A stretch of DNA of 64,000 bases from Vicinamibacteria bacterium (GTDB taxonomy: Bacteria > Acidobacteriota > Vicinamibacteria > Marinacidobacterales > Marinacidobacteraceae), in contig OY821641.1 in assembly GCA_963555995.3 (NCBI GenBank), forward strand, positions 2,784,001 to 2,848,000, read 5' to 3'. Shown here piece by piece: positions 39,940-50,153 of the stretch. How positions within the stretch are numbered: the stretch's first letter is position 1; each line of letters starts with the position of its first letter. The position numbers were made by a program, and so were the translations under genes. The notes below the pieces were generated by a model, which was not told the origin of the DNA, ran no database searches, and saw nothing but the letters and a program-made list of their open reading frames with translations.

Positions 39940-41118
39940 TCAGAACGGCATCCGGCCGGGGGCCAGGGTCCCGGCGGGGTCGAGGGCCGCCTTGATGCGG
40001 CCCGAGAGCGCGGCGACCGCCGCGGACGGGCGTGGGTGGAAGACGGGGTGGTCCCGCTTCCAGTCGCCGGGAGCGGTCTCGACGACGGCGGAGATGTCCG
40101 GCTCCTCCTGAAGAGCGCCGAGCGCCGCCTCGAAGTCCTCCGCCGGGACACTCGCGATGGCGCGGCGCTGATCGGGGAAGGCGAACGGAGGGCCGAAGGC
40201 GGCGAGTCTCCAGGCCGTGCGCAGCAGGGCCCCGGGAGGGCCATGGACGGCAAGGCCCAGCGTCCCGTCCCGCTCGGGCGCCACCGCGGGGAAATCACGG
40301 ACCCCCGCCCAGAACCCGTCCTCGTCGGGACCCTCAAGGATCTGGAGGCCCCCTCCCGCGGCCTTCGCCATCCCGCCGGGCGACATGGCCGCCTCCTCTC
40401 GCAGTCCCTCGAAACGAACCGCCAGGCGAAAACCGCCGTCTTCCGGGAGCCCGGGGAGTCCCGTTCCCGGAGCCACCACCGCGACGGCCGCGGGAACCGG
40501 CGCCGCGGCGGCGGCCGCCAGCACCCGGTCGGCGAACCCGTCGGCCGAGTCGGAGACCGGGAGACTCGCGACGACCGTCCGTGAGGCCTCCGGCAGCGCG
40601 CGGAGGCGCAGCGTGACCCGGGTGATCGCCCCCAGAGTCCCGAGCGAGCCGGTGAAGAGCTTGGTCAGCTCGTAGCCGGTCACGTTCTTCACGACGCGTC
40701 CGCCGGAACGGATGCGCGTCCCGTCGGCGAGCACCGCGGAAAGGCCGAGCAGCAGGTCCCGTGGCCGCGAACCGGGGACCACCCGGAAACCCGGATCTCC
40801 CGCGGCAATCACGCCTCCCAAGGTCGCCCGCTCCGGGAGCGGTGGATCGAGCGCGAGCTGTTGGCGGTGGGGCGCGAGTTCACGGTTCAGCGCTCCGACG
40901 GTCGTGCCCGCCCAGGCCTCGACGGTCAGGTCGCTGACGTGGTGCTCGATCACCCCCGACAGCCCCCGGAGGTCCACGATCCGATCGGCCCGCGCCGGGG
41001 CTCCCAATCCCAGGCGGGTGCCGCCGCCCCGGAGGACCACCGCTTCACCCGCCCCGGACGCCGCCGCGAGCGTCCGGGCCACGTCCTCTTCGCTCGCGGG
41101 GGCCGCCGTGCCGGCCAT
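39940..41118 (-). CDS. glcE: Glycolate oxidase FAD-binding subunit
   Basis: GGGTRL, ATLGGVIA, SGGRVVKNVTGYEL.KLF.GSLGTLG, ALDP. Confidence 0.88.
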   Translation of the reverse strand: MAGTAAPASEEDVARTLAAASGAGEAVVLRGGGTRLGLGAPARADRIVDLRGLSGVIEHHVSDLTVEAWAGTTVGALNRELAPHRQQLALDPPLPERATLGGVIAAGDPGFRVVPGSRPRDLLLGLSAVLADGTRIRSGGRVVKNVTGYELTKLFTGSLGTLGAITRVTLRLRALPEASRTVVASLPVSDSADGFADRVLAAAAAAPVPAAVAVVAPGTGLPGLPEDGGFRLAVRFEGLREEAAMSPGGMAKAAGGGLQILEGPDEDGFWAGVRDFPAVAPERDGTLGLAVHGPPGALLRTAWRLAAFGPPFAFPDQRRAIASVPAEDFEAALGALQEEPDISAVVETAPGDWKRDHPVFHPRPSAAVAALSGRIKAALDPAGTLAPGRMPF

Positions 41119-42566
41119 CAGATCCAGGCGCCCGGAATCGCGGCGACCCGGCCGGGCATGCCGCTGTCCGGAAGGGTCGCCCGCGGCTCGCCGCAACCGG
41201 CGCGGACCGGAAGGATCTTTCCGGGGTTCAACAGCCCGTGCCGGTTCCAGGCGTCGCGGACCCGGCGCATCGCTTCGAGGTCGTCCTCGCCGAAGAGGAG
41301 ATCGAGCGAGTCCCGCTTCTCGACCCCCACCCCGTGCTCGCCGGAAAGCACCCCGCCGAGCCGCACGCAGAGGGAGAGCAGCTCGTGGCTGGCGGCCATC
41401 ACCCGGGCCTTCTCGTCGGGGTCGCGTCCGTCGTAGGAGATGCAGGGATGGAGGTTGCCGTCGCCGGCGTGGAACACGTTCGCCACCCGGAGGTCGTGCC
41501 GCCTGCCGATCCGCTCGACCTCGGCGATGGCCTCGGGGAGGGCCGAGCGCGGAACCACCCCGTCCTGCACGTAGAGATCCGTCGAGATCCGGCCCATGGC
41601 TCCGAAGGCGAACTTGCGGCCGCGCCAGAGCAGTTCGCGCTCCGCCGCGTCGCGCGCCACCCGGATCTCGAGCGCCCCGCACTCCTGGAGGATGCGGTCC
41701 ACGTCGGCGCGCTGGCGGGCGACCGCCGGTTTCGCGCCGTCGAGTTCGAGCAGCAGCACCGCCCCCGCGCCCTTCGGGTAGCCCGCTCCGATGCCGGCCT
41801 CGACCACCTCGATGGTGGCGGCGTCGAGCATCTCCATCGCCACCGGAACGGTGCCGGCCGCCACGATGCGGGAGACCGCCTCGCAGGCGGGCACCAGTCC
41901 CGCGAACGGCGCGAGGAGGGTCTCGACGGTCTCCGGAACCGGGAGAAGCCGGACCGTCGCTTCGGTGGCGATCCCGAGAGTGCCCTCGGAGCCGACGAAG
42001 AGCCCGAGCAGGTCGTAGCCGGCGTCGTCCTCGGAAAGAACCACGACCTCCCCGTCGTCGAGGACCACGGTGACCGACAGGATGTGCGAGGTAGTGGCCC
42101 CCAGCTTGAAGCAGTGCGGCCCGCCCGAGTTCTCGGCGATGTTTCCCCCCAGCGTGCACGCGGACTGGCTCGACGGGTCGGGAGCGAAGAAGAGTCCGTA
42201 TGGGGCGGCGGCCCGCGAGATTTCCAGGTTGACCACCCCCGTCTGGCAGCGCGCGGTCCGCTCTCTCGAGTTGATCTCCAGGACCCGGTTCATCCCGGCC
42301 AGGGAGATCACCACCCCGCCCTCGATGGGGGTCGCCCCCCCGGAGAGGCCGGTCCCGGCCCCCCGCGCCGTGAACGGGACCTTGGCGGCGACGCAGGCCC
42401 TGACCACCACGGCGACCTCGGCGGTGGAACGCGGGAGCGCCACCGCCTGGGGAGCGCTCCGGTAGGCGGTGCTCCCGTCGCACTCGTAGGGAAGGGTGTG
42501 CTCCGGGCGCAGGAGGAACCCGTGTTTCCCGAGGAGCGGGCGGAGTTCAGCGGCGAGGGCTTCCAT
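41118..42566 (-). CDS. glcD: Glycolate oxidase subunit
   Basis: RGAGTGLSGGA, PDPSSQ..CTLGGNIAENSGG, HAGDGNLHP, GEHGVG. Confidence 0.92.
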   Translation of the reverse strand: MEALAAELRPLLGKHGFLLRPEHTLPYECDGSTAYRSAPQAVALPRSTAEVAVVVRACVAAKVPFTARGAGTGLSGGATPIEGGVVISLAGMNRVLEINSRERTARCQTGVVNLEISRAAAPYGLFFAPDPSSQSACTLGGNIAENSGGPHCFKLGATTSHILSVTVVLDDGEVVVLSEDDAGYDLLGLFVGSEGTLGIATEATVRLLPVPETVETLLAPFAGLVPACEAVSRIVAAGTVPVAMEMLDAATIEVVEAGIGAGYPKGAGAVLLLELDGAKPAVARQRADVDRILQECGALEIRVARDAAERELLWRGRKFAFGAMGRISTDLYVQDGVVPRSALPEAIAEVERIGRRHDLRVANVFHAGDGNLHPCISYDGRDPDEKARVMAASHELLSLCVRLGGVLSGEHGVGVEKRDSLDLLFGEDDLEAMRRVRDAWNRHGLLNPGKILPVRAGCGEPRATLPDSGMPGRVAAIPGAWI

Positions 42567-42737
42567 CGGGGGCGGGGTCAAACCGGCGCGGATTCACGGG
42601 CGCGGGCGCCGGTGGAAGTATCCCAGCCCCGGGGCCAAGGCCGCCGTACGGGTCCGGTTGTGCTTGGTATACTCGCTCTCCGCCTGCTCGCGAAGGTCTC
42701 CGACCGGCGCCGAGCGGCTCGGGTCAAGGAGTTCACG

Positions 42738-43241
42738 ATGCAAAGCGTACTGACGCAGCCGCCTGTCAAAGCCGCACCGGCGGAGTCCACGGAAGAGGTG
42801 GTCCGGGGACAGATGAAGATCATGCATCGCACGTTGAAGGTGGTGACGGATTCCCGTGTGGAACTGCACAACATCAGCGACCGCGTGCGGGATCAGGTCC
42901 GGGCATCCGGGATCAAGGCAGGTTTTCTGATCCTGTCCAGTCTCCACACGACGACCGCGCTGTTTCTGAACGAGTTCCAGGCGGCCCTGATGGCCGACCT
43001 CACCGAGTGCCTCGAGCGCCTGGCGGGCCCGGAAGACGGCTACCTCCATAACTGCGAGGACTGCTCCGACTGCGAGCGGAAGAACGCGGACGCCCATCTC
43101 CGGGCGACGCTCCTGGGCCACAACGTGACCGTCCCGATCCACGACGGAGAAATCAGCCTCGGCCAGTGGCAGAGCATCCTCTTCGCCGAACTGGACGGAC
43201 CGCGCGACCGCACGGTCACGGCGCACCTGATCGGCGTCTGA
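42738..43241 (+). CDS. YjbQ/UPF0047 family (secondary thiamine-phosphate synthase) protein
   Basis: HTTTAL.LNE, NADAHL, LGQWQ.ILFAELDGPR; RBS AAGGAG. Confidence 0.9.
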   Translation: MQSVLTQPPVKAAPAESTEEVVRGQMKIMHRTLKVVTDSRVELHNISDRVRDQVRASGIKAGFLILSSLHTTTALFLNEFQAALMADLTECLERLAGPEDGYLHNCEDCSDCERKNADAHLRATLLGHNVTVPIHDGEISLGQWQSILFAELDGPRDRTVTAHLIGV

Positions 43242-43281
43242 TCCAGGCGCCTCCGACGAGTCAGCCCGGCGCGAGCCGGAG

Positions 43282-44010
43282 ATGACGGCGCCCACGGAAC
43301 CTGCCGCCTCCGGCCCCGCCGGGCCGTCGGTAGCGATCGTCACCGGCGCCAGTCAGGGGATCGGGGCGGCCACCGCGCTGGCGCTGGCGAGGAAGGGGTT
43401 CGGGGTCGCCCTGGCGGCCCGGCGGCCCGCCGGCCTCGTCGCGACCGAGAACCGGATCCGGGAAGCGGGCGGCTTCGCTTTCGTCGCTCCGACGGACGTC
43501 ACCGAACGGGATCAGGTGAGCGAGCTGGTGGCGGAGACCGAGCGGCGCTTCGGTCCCGTCGCACTGCTGGTGAACGCCGCCGGCGCCGTCCACCGCGCCC
43601 CGCTGACTTCGACGTCCGACGCCGACTTCGACAGCGTGGTCGGGGTCAATCTGAAGGGCGCGTTCCTCTGCACCCGCGCCGTGCTGCCCGGCATGATCGA
43701 GCGGCGGCAGGGCCGCATCGTGAACCTCGCGGCCATGGCCGGACGGATCGGCGCGCCGCGGCTCGCGGTCTACTGCGCCTCCAAGTGGGGTGTCGTCGGC
43801 CTGACCAAGGCGTGCGCCGAGGAACTGCGGCCGGCCGGAGTCTTCGTCTTCGCCGTCTGCCCCGGATCGGTGGATACCGAGTCCTATCGGGCCGCCATCC
43901 CCGGCGCCAAACCGAGGGCCACGCCCGAATCGGTCGCCGAAGTCATCGCCTGGCTCGGCACCGAGGCCCCGGCCGCGATGAGCGGGGCCGTGGTGGACGC
44001 ACCCGGGTAG
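43282..44010 (+). CDS. Short-chain dehydrogenase/reductase
   Basis: TGASQGIG, NAAG, YCASK. Confidence 0.92.
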   Translation: MTAPTEPAASGPAGPSVAIVTGASQGIGAATALALARKGFGVALAARRPAGLVATENRIREAGGFAFVAPTDVTERDQVSELVAETERRFGPVALLVNAAGAVHRAPLTSTSDADFDSVVGVNLKGAFLCTRAVLPGMIERRQGRIVNLAAMAGRIGAPRLAVYCASKWGVVGLTKACAEELRPAGVFVFAVCPGSVDTESYRAAIPGAKPRATPESVAEVIAWLGTEAPAAMSGAVVDAPG

Positions 44011-44035
44011 GAAGCGAATCGCCGCGTTTCCCACA

Positions 44036-44392
44036 GCTCCGACGCGGCCCCCTACCGACCACGGATCACGGCCTGGACGGCGGTGCCCCACGCCGAGGCG
44101 AGAACCACCTTCCCCCGTGCAGTCACGACGGGCGCGGCGCGGAGCGCCGCGCGTGCCGGTCTGGAGACCGGCGTTCCAAGCCGGCGCGGCGCCTCCGCTG
44201 GGGAGCGCGCTCCGACGCGGCACCCTGCGGAACCCTGATCACGGCCTGGACGGCGGTGCTCCATGCCCAATTGAGAGCCATCTTCCCCCGTGGAATCGCG
44301 ACGGGCGCGGCGCGGAGCGCCGCGGGTGCCGGTCTGGAGACCGGCGTTCCAAGCCGGCCCGTCGCCTCCGGTGGTGAGCGCGCTCCGACGCT
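44036..44392. repeat. Two 173-bp tandem units, each containing a REP
   Basis: GATCACGGCCTGGACGGCGGTGC at 44064 and 44237; REP at 44153 and 44326. Confidence 0.85.
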
Positions 44393-44794
44393 CTAGAGGG
44401 TCTTTACGGTCTCGGGCTGGATGTAGTAGGCGACCCGTACTTCGTCGGGACGGCGCCATTCGTAGCGCTCGGTCCCGATGTACTTCCGGGCGAGGCGGTC
44501 GATTCCGTCCTCGGCGCCGTCCTCGGTGACCTTCACCACCCGGCCCCGGATCATCAGCGCCTTGAACGGGTCGTCGGGGTGGGTCGCCGAGAGGGCCACC
44601 CGCGCGTCGCGCTTGATGTTCTTGTCCTTGACCCGCCCGGCCGCCGAGTTGACCACGATGAGGTCCCCGTCGGTCTCCGCCCAGACCGGGGAGACCTGGG
44701 GACTGCCATCGGCCATCAGCGTGGCCAGGTGGACGTAGCAGCGAGTCGCCAGGAACTCCCGGACCTCGGGAGAGAGGGTGTTGGTTCTAGGCAT
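44393..44794 (-). CDS. PPOX-class (putatively F420-dependent) oxidoreductase
   Basis: LATLMADGSPQVSPVW, KDKNIKRDARVAL, IDRLARKY. Confidence 0.88.
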   Translation of the reverse strand: MPRTNTLSPEVREFLATRCYVHLATLMADGSPQVSPVWAETDGDLIVVNSAAGRVKDKNIKRDARVALSATHPDDPFKALMIRGRVVKVTEDGAEDGIDRLARKYIGTERYEWRRPDEVRVAYYIQPETVKTL

Positions 44795-44812
44795 TCCTGG
44801 TTCTCCGCAGAG

Positions 44813-45889
44813 TCAGTTCGACTCGTTGATCTCGCGCTCGATTTCGGCCACCAACTGCTCGAACGACACCGCGCCGCCGACGTACCGGCCGTTCACGAAC
44901 ACGGCGGGAGTCCCCGTCTGTCCCAGCGCCAGGGCGGCTTCCAGATCGGTCTGCACGCGCTCGTAACTGCTGCCGGAGTTGAGGCACTGCGCGAACTCCT
45001 CCGTGTCCAGGCCGACCAGCCTGGCGTGCTGCTCCAGGCCGTCGAGCGAGATGTTGTCGTCCGCCCACAGCGCGTCGTGGTACTCCCAGAACTTCCCCTG
45101 GTCTTCGGCGCAGACGGACGCTTCGTGCGCCTTCTGGGCCATCGGATGCATGTTGCGCAGCGGGAAGTGCCGGAACACCAGCCGGACCTGGCTGGCGAGG
45201 GCCTCGTCCTCCCGGAGCCGGTTGATCGCCCCGTCGAAACGCCGGCAGAAAGGACACTCGAAGCAGGAGAACACCACGAGTTCCACCGGTGCGCTGTCCG
45301 GGCCGAGCGTGGCGTGACCCGCGGTTTCGATGGCGACCCGATAAGCGGGTACCTTCAGGTCCCATTCGGCTTCGCCCAGCAAGCGGTTCCCCTCGAGTTC
45401 GATGTTCCGCGTCATCTTCTGGTTGGCGATCTGCCGGCGGAGGTCGGTCGCGATGTCCTCGAGCGGCCGCCCGATCTGCTGGCGGTTCTGGTTGTAGACG
45501 TACTGGAGTTCCTCGTCGCTGACTTCCGGTAGGCCGATCTCCTGCGTGTAGTACTGGTTCAGGGTCATGCCCTTTTCGGTGGCCGCGGCGAGCAGCAACT
45601 GCTCGCGGGCAGCCCGCACCGTGCCTTGCTCGAGCAGGTTGTGGGTCTCGGTGTAGTAGTCGCTGCGGAGCTGGGCAAGCTGGGAGATGTCCCGGTCTCC
45701 CAGATCGTCGAGCGTAATCTCCTCGCCGTTCAGGACCCCGAGCACCTCGGAGTCCACGGTGTCGGGGAGCAGCGAGTCGGAGCCTCCGGCCTGACCACCG
45801 GAGCCGGCCACGGCTCCACCGCAGCCCGCGAGGGCAAGCAGAGCGGCGCCGGCAAGACACGGCGCCACCTTGACGAAGAACGTGCGCAT
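44813..45889 (-). CDS. DsbA-family thioredoxin-fold lipoprotein
   Basis: Lipobox LAGC; FECPFC, FRHFPL..H, GTPAVFVNG. Confidence 0.9.
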   Translation of the reverse strand: MRTFFVKVAPCLAGAALLALAGCGGAVAGSGGQAGGSDSLLPDTVDSEVLGVLNGEEITLDDLGDRDISQLAQLRSDYYTETHNLLEQGTVRAAREQLLLAAATEKGMTLNQYYTQEIGLPEVSDEELQYVYNQNRQQIGRPLEDIATDLRRQIANQKMTRNIELEGNRLLGEAEWDLKVPAYRVAIETAGHATLGPDSAPVELVVFSCFECPFCRRFDGAINRLREDEALASQVRLVFRHFPLRNMHPMAQKAHEASVCAEDQGKFWEYHDALWADDNISLDGLEQHARLVGLDTEEFAQCLNSGSSYERVQTDLEAALALGQTGTPAVFVNGRYVGGAVSFEQLVAEIEREINESN

Positions 45890-45950
45890 CGGGGATACCT
45901 CGTGGTCGGGCGAAGGGGTCGGACGTGCGCCGTGTTGGCGCCGGACCGCT

Positions 45951-46430
45951 CTACTGCGATTCGCCCGAGCGGGTAAGGATACTTCGCCCGGCCGGGCTCT
46001 CCACGAGGAGCGTGTAGGGCCCGTCGTTCAGCAGCGAGACCTCCATCATCGCGCCGAAGCGGCCGGTACTCACCGGAACCCCGAGCTCCCGCAAACGGGC
46101 GCAGAACGCCTCGTAGAGCGCCTCGGCTTCCGGTCCCGGGGCGGCGCGGGTGAAGGACGGGCGCCGCCCCTTGCGGCAGTTCCCGAGCAGGGTGAACTGC
46201 GACACCGCGAGCACTTCCCCGCCGATTTCAAGCACGCTCCGCTCGGGCTGCCCCTCGGGAGCCCGGAACATCCGGAGCCCGGCGATCTTCTTCGCCAGCC
46301 AGGCGGCGTCCTCAGCGGTATCGGTTACGGACACCCCGAGCAGCACCAGCAGCCCCTCGCCGATCTCGGACACGAGTTCGCCGTCCACCGAAACCGAGGC
46401 GCGGGAAACCCGCTGGACGACCGCAATCAT
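45951..46430 (-). CDS. dtd: D-aminoacyl-tRNA deacylase
   Basis: VVQRVSRASV, SQFTL, GRRPSF, FGAMMEV.L.NDGP. Confidence 0.97.
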   Translation of the reverse strand: MIAVVQRVSRASVSVDGELVSEIGEGLLVLLGVSVTDTAEDAAWLAKKIAGLRMFRAPEGQPERSVLEIGGEVLAVSQFTLLGNCRKGRRPSFTRAAPGPEAEALYEAFCARLRELGVPVSTGRFGAMMEVSLLNDGPYTLLVESPAGRSILTRSGESQ

Positions 46431-48169
46431 CCCGGGATGCCACGTGGCGGGCCGTCGCCCGCCCCCGGCGCGATGCCGTAGGCCCGGAGCAGGTCCGAGA
46501 CCGTGACGACCGCCTCGAGTTGATGGACATCCACCCGGCTCACCACGGGCAGGGTGTCCATGCGGATGCGGCCCATGGTGGCGAGGACGTGGTCAATGGG
46601 CTGGTCGGCGTGCGCGTGCGGGAACTTCCGGCCGCGCACCAGGTCGCCGAGGCGCTCCTGGTCCTGCCCCCAGGCGTGGAACCGCTCCAGCTCGGCGAGC
46701 GTGATCAGCCCGGAGATGCGGTTGCCTTCCGCCACCGGCCAAGCGCGCTTGCCACTGAGCGCCACCCGCTCGATGGCGTCCTCGACGGTGAGACCCGGCG
46801 GGAGCAGCTCCCGCGGCGGGCGCATGGCCGCGCGGACCACGGGATGCGGCTCCTCGTTCTCCGTCGAGGGGAGCTGGATCCCGTCCTGGGCCGCCAGCGC
46901 CTCGTAGACGGACACCCGCTGGAGTCGCCGGGAGACGAAAAACGAGGTCAGGTTGGCGATCATCATCGGCACGATGACGGCGTAGCTCTGGGTGATCTCG
47001 AAGATCATGAAGACCGACGCCATCGGCACCCGGAGGATTCCGGCGAAGGCGGCTCCCATACCCACGAGCGCGTAGGGGCCGGGTCCGGACGCGAAATCGA
47101 ACCACTGATCGGCCAGGCTGCCCACCACTCCGCCCAGCATGGCGCCGAGAAAGATGCTGGGGCCGAAGATCCCTCCCGCATTCCCGGAGGCGTAGGCGAA
47201 GACGACCAGCGCCAGGTGGAGGGCCAGCAGGACCGCCATCGTTCCCATGGGCAGTTCCCCGGCGAGCGCCTCGCCGACAGGGCCGTAGCCGACCTCGAAG
47301 AACCCGGGGAGCAGCACCCAGGCGGCGGCCACCGCGAGGCCGCCGAGCGCCGGCTGGAACCAGCGGCTCGACACCGGAAGCCGCCGGAACGCGGCGCGCA
47401 GCCAGAGGAGCGCGCGCACGAAGCCCACCGACATCAGCCCGCCGAGCACGCCGAGCACGGCGTAGATGAGGAGTTCCGCCGGATGGCCGAGTTCGTAGGC
47501 GGGAACCGAGAACAGCGGTTCGTCGCCGAGCGAGAGGCGCAGCACCAGCCAGCTCGCCACGGCGCTCAGGACGACGGACCCCAGCACCCGGGCGTGCAGG
47601 TCGCCGACGATCTCTTCGAGCGAGAACAGGATCGCGGCGATCGGGGTGTTGAACGCGGCCGCGATCGCCGCCGCGGTGCCGACGGGCACCAGTTGCCGGC
47701 GCTGTTCGGTATCGAGTTTCAGCGCCTCGCCCACCGAGGAGGCGATCCCCGCGCCGATCTGGGCGGACGGACCCTCGCGGCCCAGCGGGATGCCGCTCCC
47801 CAGCGTGAGCACCCCGCAGAGGTACTTGCCGAAGGGCACCCGGAACGGGATGCGTCCGTCCTTCGCGACGAGTGCGGCCTTGGTCTGCGGAATGCCGCTG
47901 CCCCGCGCGCCCTCGAACCAGCGGACCATCAGGAAGCCGGCGGCCAGCGCCCCGAGCACCGGCGCCGCGAACCGGGCCGCGCCGAGCGCCGGGCCGTGAA
48001 CCACGATGTCGGCGAGCCACTCGGTCACCACGATGAAGGAAACGATGACGCCGCCGACCAGGGCTCCGATCCCGAGATTCAGGCCGGTGAAGAAGCCCGG
48101 GCGATGGAAGACGTCGCGGGTGGAGAGGATCTCGACGACGCGGGACAGGCGGACGCGCACGCCGCTCAC
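46427..48169 (-). CDS. CLC chloride channel/H+:Cl- antiporter with CBS domains
   Basis: GSGIP, GREGP, AAFNTPI, GGIFGP; C-terminal CBS pair. Confidence 0.93.
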   Translation of the reverse strand: MSGVRVRLSRVVEILSTRDVFHRPGFFTGLNLGIGALVGGVIVSFIVVTEWLADIVVHGPALGAARFAAPVLGALAAGFLMVRWFEGARGSGIPQTKAALVAKDGRIPFRVPFGKYLCGVLTLGSGIPLGREGPSAQIGAGIASSVGEALKLDTEQRRQLVPVGTAAAIAAAFNTPIAAILFSLEEIVGDLHARVLGSVVLSAVASWLVLRLSLGDEPLFSVPAYELGHPAELLIYAVLGVLGGLMSVGFVRALLWLRAAFRRLPVSSRWFQPALGGLAVAAAWVLLPGFFEVGYGPVGEALAGELPMGTMAVLLALHLALVVFAYASGNAGGIFGPSIFLGAMLGGVVGSLADQWFDFASGPGPYALVGMGAAFAGILRVPMASVFMIFEITQSYAVIVPMMIANLTSFFVSRRLQRVSVYEALAAQDGIQLPSTENEEPHPVVRAAMRPPRELLPPGLTVEDAIERVALSGKRAWPVAEGNRISGLITLAELERFHAWGQDQERLGDLVRGRKFPHAHADQPIDHVLATMGRIRMDTLPVVSRVDVHQLEAVVTVSDLLRAYGIAPGAGDGPPRGIPG

Positions 48170-49884
48170 CCTACCGGCCGCTCCGCGCCGCGGCGGGCGA
48201 CGGCGCCCAGCCCGAGGCCCGCCGCCACCGTGACCGCCGTCCCGATCAGGTTGTAGTACAGGTAGGAAACACCCTCGACGCCGAGCGCCCGGGGGACCAG
48301 GTCGGCGGCCCAGACGGCGGCGACGCCGGCGAGCACCGCCGGGAAGGCGCGGCGGGCGCCCCGGTTCGGGAAGACGGCGGCGAGGACGAAGGCCCCCAGG
48401 ATGGGGCCGTAGAAGAAGGAACCCACCCGGTTCACCGCCTCCACCGCGGACCCGAGCCGTCCCATGTACAGCGCGGCCCCGGTAGCGACCGTGCCCCAGA
48501 ACAGGATCCCGATCCGCCCGGCGATCAGGTCATGCCGGTCGGATGTCGGACCGCGAAGGAAGCGGTTCCGGAACCGGCGGTAGAAGTCCACCACGCTGGC
48601 CGTCGAGAGCGCCGACAGTTCCGACTCCACGGTGGACATCGCCGCCGCCAGCACGGCGATGAGGATCAGGCCGACCACCCCGGGGGGGAGCTGCGTGAAC
48701 ACGAAGGTCGGGAACACGTGGTTCGTGTCGCTCCAGGGTTCGCCCTTGACCTCGGCCGCGGTGCGCACCGCCTCGGCGCGGGTCTCCTGAAAGGCCAGAT
48801 CGGCCGCCACGTAGCGCTCCCGGAGCAATGCCTCGGAGGAGCCCCCGTCCGCCTCCGCGTAGTCGAGGGCGGCCGTGCGGCGGTCGGTGAAGGCGGTCTC
48901 GTAGCGCGCCTCCATGGCCGCCATCGCCTCGGGCTGGGCCGCCCGCGTCTCGGCAAGCGTCACCGGGTCGAAGAGCACGGGCGGTCTCTCGAACTGGTAG
49001 AAGACGAAGAGGAGCGCCCCGGTGAGCAGGATCACGAACTGCACCGGCAGCTTGGCGAACGCGTTGAAGATCAGCGAGAGCCGGCTCTCGCGGAGCGAAC
49101 GCCCGGTGAGGTAGCGCTGCACCTGGCTCTGGTCGCAGCCGAAGTAGGAGAGCATCAGGAAGAGCCCGCCGAGGAGCCCCGTCCAGACGGTGTAGGTCTG
49201 GCGCGGGTCGGTGTCGAAGGACAGGGTCTCGAGGCGGCCGGTGGACCCGGCGAGCCGGAGCGCCTCCCCGAGGCCGACCTCGTCGGGCAGCCCCCAGATG
49301 ACCGAACCGAGGCAGAACAGGATGCCGAGCAGGATGATCAGCATCTGCCAGGTCTCGACCCACATCACGGCCCGCATCCCGCCGAGCGCGGTGTAGAAGG
49401 TGGCGAAACCCCCGATCAGCAGGATGGTCATCGTCGCGTCGAGCGAGAAGACCACCGAGAGGACCACCGACGGCGCGTAGATCACCACCGCCCCGGAAAG
49501 CGCCCTTCCGAAGAGGAAGAGCAGGCTGGTGAGGGACCGGGTGTGCGGACCGCAGCGCTGCTCCAGGTACTCGTAGGCGGTGAAGACGCGCGCCCGGTAG
49601 AAGAGCGGCACCAGGGTGACGCACAGGATCACCATGGCGATGGGCAGGCCGAAGTAGATCTGGATGAACCCCATCCCGTCCACGTAGGCCTGGCCGGTCG
49701 TGCCCACCAGCGTGATGGCGCTCGCCTGGGTGGCCATCACCGAGAGGCCCATGGCGTACCAGGGCATGGAGCGGCGCGCCAGGAAGTAGTCCTCGAGGCC
49801 CCGGTTCCCCCGGCCCGTCCAGTAGCCGACGGTGATGATCAGCCCGAAGTAGGCCGCGACCACGATCCAGTCGAGGAACTGCAA
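48166..49884 (-). CDS. Sodium:solute symporter
   Basis: YFLARRSMPW, SVMATQASA, GGMRAV, DQSQVQRYL, AAAMST. Confidence 0.93.
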   Translation of the reverse strand: MQFLDWIVVAAYFGLIITVGYWTGRGNRGLEDYFLARRSMPWYAMGLSVMATQASAITLVGTTGQAYVDGMGFIQIYFGLPIAMVILCVTLVPLFYRARVFTAYEYLEQRCGPHTRSLTSLLFLFGRALSGAVVIYAPSVVLSVVFSLDATMTILLIGGFATFYTALGGMRAVMWVETWQMLIILLGILFCLGSVIWGLPDEVGLGEALRLAGSTGRLETLSFDTDPRQTYTVWTGLLGGLFLMLSYFGCDQSQVQRYLTGRSLRESRLSLIFNAFAKLPVQFVILLTGALLFVFYQFERPPVLFDPVTLAETRAAQPEAMAAMEARYETAFTDRRTAALDYAEADGGSSEALLRERYVAADLAFQETRAEAVRTAAEVKGEPWSDTNHVFPTFVFTQLPPGVVGLILIAVLAAAMSTVESELSALSTASVVDFYRRFRNRFLRGPTSDRHDLIAGRIGILFWGTVATGAALYMGRLGSAVEAVNRVGSFFYGPILGAFVLAAVFPNRGARRAFPAVLAGVAAVWAADLVPRALGVEGVSYLYYNLIGTAVTVAAGLGLGAVARRGAERPVG

Positions 49885-49902
49885 GGCGAGGAGATCCGTC
49901 CC

Positions 49903-50040
49903 TCAGGGCGCGAAGATCCGGGAGAACACGAAGAGGAGGACGTAAACGGAGAACGCGGTCAGGAGCACCGCCGCGTAGAGCCGCCGCCAGGAGCGGAAGA
50001 ACCCGCCTGGGGAGGGGGGCTGATCGGAAGGCGTTTCCAT
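49903..50040 (-). CDS. Small single-TM protein upstream of the SSS transporter
   Basis: METPSDQPP...FFRSWRRLYAAVLL...FSRIFAP. Confidence 0.7.
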   Translation of the reverse strand: METPSDQPPSPGGFFRSWRRLYAAVLLTAFSVYVLLFVFSRIFAP

Positions 50041-50153
50041 CGGTGCTCCGGCGGAGTCCCCGCTAGACTCACTGGTCGAGCCGGGCGCTGACCGGCCCGG
50101 GCGCGGAGATTCTAGGAGGACTGGCTCTCGAATCCCCTGAGGAGAGCGCGGCA

